Part shown: in pieces, positions 28,667 to 32,000 of the stretch
How positions within the stretch are numbered: position 1 is the first letter of the stretch
How the letters are laid out: each line of letters begins with the position of its first letter
Assembly (NCBI RefSeq): GCF_000219355.1
Contig: NC_015722.1
Span: forward strand, 900,001 to 932,000
Direction: 5' to 3'
Length of the DNA: 32,000 nt
DNA from: Candidatus Midichloria mitochondrii IricVA
GTDB taxonomy: Bacteria > Pseudomonadota > Alphaproteobacteria > Rickettsiales > Midichloriaceae
Notes under the pieces: model-generated
Seen by the model: only the letters and a program-made list of their open reading frames with translations
Database searches by the model: none
Told to the model about the DNA's origin: nothing
Translations under genes and position numbers: made by a program

Positions 28667-29376
28667 TTGCTTGTAAGGTATTCCTCAAAAAGTTTTGGGT
28701 CGACCTCTATTATTGAATTTTTTGCTAAGTCATTCAAGCAAAATTTCCCATATTCTAACCTGATCAATCTATTGACTTGGAAGCCGAAGCGCTCCATTAC
28801 CGACCGTATTTCTCGGTTCTTTCCTTCAGTAAGTGAAACCATGATCCAAGAATTATTGCCTTGTTTTTTCAATAATTCAACTTTTATACTACGGTATTTA
28901 ATTTTATTTATAACTATCCCTTCCGCAAGTTGCTTTATATGGCTAGCAGATAAATGCCCAAAGATACGACACTTATACTTCCTGATAAGGCCAAGATGTG
29001 GACTTTCTAAATGATGTGCAAGTATTGGACTATTGGTTAACAATAAGAGCCCCTCGGTGTTATAATCAAGTCTACCGATTGATATAACTCGTGGTAAATT
29101 TGGGGGCAGCTGGGAAAATACAGTTGACCTATTTTGCGGATCATTATTGGTAGTAATAATGCCTTTTGGTTTATTATAAATCCACAATCTAGGTTGATTA
29201 ATAAGGCTAATTTCTTGATCTGCGGTCAAAACTCTGTCTTGAGGCTCGACTAAAGTTGCACAATTTACTATAATTTCATTATTAACTGAAACCCGGCCGC
29301 TTAGTATTAATTCTTCTGCTTTTCTTCTTGAGCAGTACCCAGAATGGGAAATAAATTTGGCTAGTCTATACTTCAC
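28663..29376 (-). CDS. rluB: rRNA pseudouridine synthase, RsuA/RluB family (S4 domain plus catalytic domain)
   Basis: 237 aa. The S4 region is RLAKFISHSGYCSRRKAEELILSGRVSVNNE, and the catalytic motif GRLDYNTEGLLLLTN is present. Confidence 0.85.
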   Translation of the reverse strand: MKYRLAKFISHSGYCSRRKAEELILSGRVSVNNEIIVNCATLVEPQDRVLTADQEISLINQPRLWIYNKPKGIITTNNDPQNRSTVFSQLPPNLPRVISIGRLDYNTEGLLLLTNSPILAHHLESPHLGLIRKYKCRIFGHLSASHIKQLAEGIVINKIKYRSIKVELLKKQGNNSWIMVSLTEGKNREIRSVMERFGFQVNRLIRLEYGKFCLNDLAKNSIIEVDPKLFEEYLTSK

Positions 29377-29380
29377 AACA

Positions 29381-29417
29381 AAATATCAAAAAAGAAAAAA
29401 TCCCAACTACTTTCGTA
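29381..29417 (-). terminator. Rho-independent terminator downstream of the BI-1 family gene
   Basis: The stem pairs AATCCCAA (29390-29397) with TTGGGATT (29410-29417), with inner TAC/GTA pairs and a TTTC loop. On the minus strand it is followed by TTTTTTCTTTT. It lies about 30 nt after the stop at 29449. Confidence 0.65.
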
Positions 29418-29448
29418 ATTGGGATTTTGATTTGTCTAATGAGCTGTT

Positions 29449-30168
29449 TTAATTACGTCTCTCACCAAAGAAGTGCAAGAAGCTAATAAATAAATTTATA
29501 AAATCCATATAGAGGCCTAAAGCACCGAATACAGCAATTTTTTCAGCCGCGGATGAATCATTGGCAATTTGATAATATATGCTTTTTAATCTCTGAGTTT
29601 CATAAGCAGTTAAGAAGGAGAATACACCAACTCCAACTATCGAAATAATAAAGGACATCGCATTGCTTTGCATGAACAAGTTAACAAAGGATGCAATTAT
29701 AATACCAATAAGGCCCATCATGAATAAAGAGCTCATTGCTGATAAATCTTTTTTTGTAGCATAACCATAAATGCTCATGGCCCCAAAAGCAGAAGCAGTA
29801 ATAAAGAAAGTCCTAGCAATACTGGCACCAGTATAGAGCCAAAACAATGAAGCCATAGAGACTCCCATCAGAGCTGAATAGACCCATAAGGATATACGCG
29901 CTCCCTCACTACTCATATATACAAATCTCGTATTCATAAAAACCGCCATCCCCAGGGGAGCAAAGATAACAACCCACCTTAAAGAACTACCAAAGATTAG
30001 ATTCGTAAGCCCCGGAGAAGATGACACCAAAAATGCGATCAAACCAGTTAAACCTAGTGCAATTGACATATGCTTGTAAACCGCAACCATATAAGAGCGC
30101 AACCCAGCGTCCAAAACGCCGACCCTGGTCGTCGTGAAGCTGTTAGCACCCATTTTACCATAATTCAT
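29449..30168 (-). CDS. Bax inhibitor-1/YccA family inner membrane protein
   Basis: Seven-TM protein. MNYGKMGANSF...LDAGLRSYMVAVYKHMSIALGLTG matches the family N-terminus. The track ORF starts at 30231, but that 21-codon leader looks non-coding. Confidence 0.85.
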   Translation of the reverse strand: MNYGKMGANSFTTTRVGVLDAGLRSYMVAVYKHMSIALGLTGLIAFLVSSSPGLTNLIFGSSLRWVVIFAPLGMAVFMNTRFVYMSSEGARISLWVYSALMGVSMASLFWLYTGASIARTFFITASAFGAMSIYGYATKKDLSAMSSLFMMGLIGIIIASFVNLFMQSNAMSFIISIVGVGVFSFLTAYETQRLKSIYYQIANDSSAAEKIAVFGALGLYMDFINLFISFLHFFGERRN

Positions 30169-30394
30169 GATACATACCCAATTAATTTTGAATTGTAGCA
30201 CCAGTATATATCTCTTCATTAAAATTTGCAAGGTCCTTAAGGAAAATAAAAAACAAGTACTCCTTTACTTCCGCAGCCACCTCAACCAAAGGGTGCGGCC
30301 CACAATTTAAAGGTGCAAATCCCTATTGCCGAACTCACTATTATACATAATAATGGTTATATTACATTTAATTTAAAAGGGTATAAATATAAAG

Positions 30395-31119
30395 ATGAAA
30401 GATGAAAATTCTAAAAAAATAGCTGCAAGGGATATAGCTTATACTGTAAACAAGTTTTGTGAGCAAAAGAATATTAGCGGCGAATTCCCAAATTTACAAG
30501 AATTTAGCCATTATGTATCACTTAGCCTAAACAGCGATAATTCCTCACTCATTGCGAGGTATGAAACAGCCCTAATTCAAGCTTTTGATAAAAGCCCAGA
30601 ACTTAGAGGCCCCACGCCCGTGAATTCGTTAATCACTTGCTTGATGCTCTTCCAGACGACAAGAAAAGTAAATTTCATAATGCGAATGTTGAAAATACTC
30701 TACAGAAAGCTGAACACAGCAACACTCAAAACATGAACCAGCAACCAACCCAGGAGCAAAAAAAGGGCCTGCTTGATAATTTCGCACAGTTCATAGATAA
30801 TTTTATTGAAAATATCACTGGGGCTTTTAAGAAGATTATGGAAAATTTGCAACAACTAGTGAGCGGTACAGCAGCAACAATAAATAATATTTTCCAGGGA
30901 AAAACTGCAAAAGCAAATACCCAAGAGCAAGAAAAAACCAACAACAAAGATCAAGGACCGCAAGAACAACAACGGAGTTCTAAACCAGAGCTCGCTTCTT
31001 TAGTCTCTGCCGTAAGTCAAGATCTTGTTGTTGCAATCAATTACTCTGCCAAAGCGCCAGATAAGCCGGAACAAGGCCAAGCTGTCCTAAAACAAGAAAA
31101 TAAGGGAACGAGTAGATAA
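30395..31119 (+). CDS. Orphan Q/N/E/K-rich protein, apparently one gene split by a frameshift at about 30607-30640 (track ORFs 30395-30736 and 30637-31119)
   Basis: The second ORF has only a TTG start, inside the first ORF. Its frame opens directly after a stop at 30604-30606. The plausible joined reading is ...FDKSPELRGP/HAREFVNHLLDALPDDKK... There is no signal peptide and I recognise no domain. The composition is helical or low-complexity. Confidence 0.4.
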
Positions 31120-31253
31120 GAGTATATAGCGGAATAACTAAAGTGTCGGGCTAAGCTTTACAATGAAAGCATAAATCAGTTCTATAACTAAAAGATTTGA
31201 GTAAGGCCTAGGTATTAACCAGTCAAATCATAGCCACTTAGATATACAAAAAT

Positions 31254-32000
31254 CTAGTATACTCTTTTCTTAGGAGGAACTGATTTTACCTCATCACTTA
31301 AGGTTTCAAGAGTAACGGGCTTATAGTCTATTTTAACTTTTCCTGTCCCAGTATCTAAGCTAATTAGAGTGTGCTTCATCCAATTTTCATCATCCCGCTC
31401 TTTATAATCTTCCCTTGCGTGTGCACCCCGGCTTTCTTGGCGATTTAATGCGGCATTTATGGTAACCAATGCTTGTAATCTCAAGCTATCCAGCTCTAAA
31501 GCTTCAACTAAATCACTATTCCATATCAGGGATCGATCAGTTATTGCAACATCCGAATAGGAATCGAAAACTACTTTCATTTTTTCACAGCCTAATTTAA
31601 GTGTCTCTTCAGTTCTAAAAACTGCAGCATAGGTTTGCATTACTTCTTGCATATGTGCACGTATCTCAGCAGCCGGTAATTTGCCATTAGCATGCCTGAT
31701 TTTATCAAAGTGCTGAATAGTTTTCTCTGTTAAATTCGGCTTCAATTTTTCATGAGTTTTGCTTGAGTGCCTCAGCAGCTCTACAGCTTTGATAGCTGCT
31801 GCTCGTCCAAATACAATTAAATCAAGCAGCGAATTTGATCCAAGCCTATTTGCCCCGTGCACTGATACACACGCAGCTTCTCCTATAGCCATTAGTCCTG
31901 GAACTGGTTCAAATTTCTTTCCCGTTTTAGCAAGAACTTCGCCATGATAATTAGTTGGTACTCCACCCATATTATAGTGAACTGTTGGAAGCACTGGTAT
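31254..32000 (-). CDS. sdhA: Succinate dehydrogenase flavoprotein subunit, C-terminal part (partial, continues beyond window end)
   Basis: The blocks [52 protein letters not shown] and a C-terminal PPKKRVY are canonical SdhA. Confidence 0.95.
   Translation of the reverse strand: MPVLPTVHYNMGGVPTNYHGEVLAKTGKKFEPVPGLMAIGEAACVSVHGANRLGSNSLLDLIVFGRAAAIKAVELLRHSSKTHEKLKPNLTEKTIQHFDKIRHANGKLPAAEIRAHMQEVMQTYAAVFRTEETLKLGCEKMKVVFDSYSDVAITDRSLIWNSDLVEALELDSLRLQALVTINAALNRQESRGAHAREDYKERDDENWMKHTLISLDTGTGKVKIDYKPVTLETLSDEVKSVPPKKRVY

Noticed and set aside
1-32000. CRISPR arrays, tandem repeats, rRNA, tRNA and tmRNA
   Set aside because: Scanning the intergenic regions by eye found no regularly spaced direct repeats or conserved RNA motifs. 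The only repeated sequence found is the IS982 pair.

Overview
AT-rich window (about one-third G+C by eye). Gene content fits an alphaproteobacterium, probably a host-restricted Rickettsiales/Holosporales-like lineage; that placement is inference from LpxI, the gene set, IS load and pseudogene load. Intact housekeeping genes: maeB (5' end only), a PMM/PGM-family mutase, gltX, dapE, an FMN reductase, motA-motB, maf, infA, an envelope operon htrA-lpxD-fabZ-lpxA-lpxI, an ABCB/MsbA-type exporter, a lone nuoH, bamD-murC, the run rluB-(SIMPL)-tsaE-folE, a BI-1/YccA-family protein and the 3' part of sdhA. Between them are heavily decayed genes: comM, pepP, a phage terminase large subunit and a COG1373 AAA+ ATPase. 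There are also two internally deleted IS982-family copies in inverted orientation bracketing about 14.7 kb, and a possible IS3 OrfA remnant. Several genes appear split by a single frameshift. I found no rRNA, tRNA, CRISPR array or tandem-repeat array. The most interesting items are listed here. (1) An intact, residue-conserved motAB pair followed by orphan polytopic membrane ORF(s) and a flavin reductase. (2) The inverted IS pair, one copy of which truncates the terminase relic. (3) Unusual G9/C9 homopolymers at decay sites. (4) An A8 tract linking a small membrane ORF to an acidic open frame. (5) An orphan Q/N/E/K-rich protein. I found no clearly novel multi-gene system that I can support beyond these.
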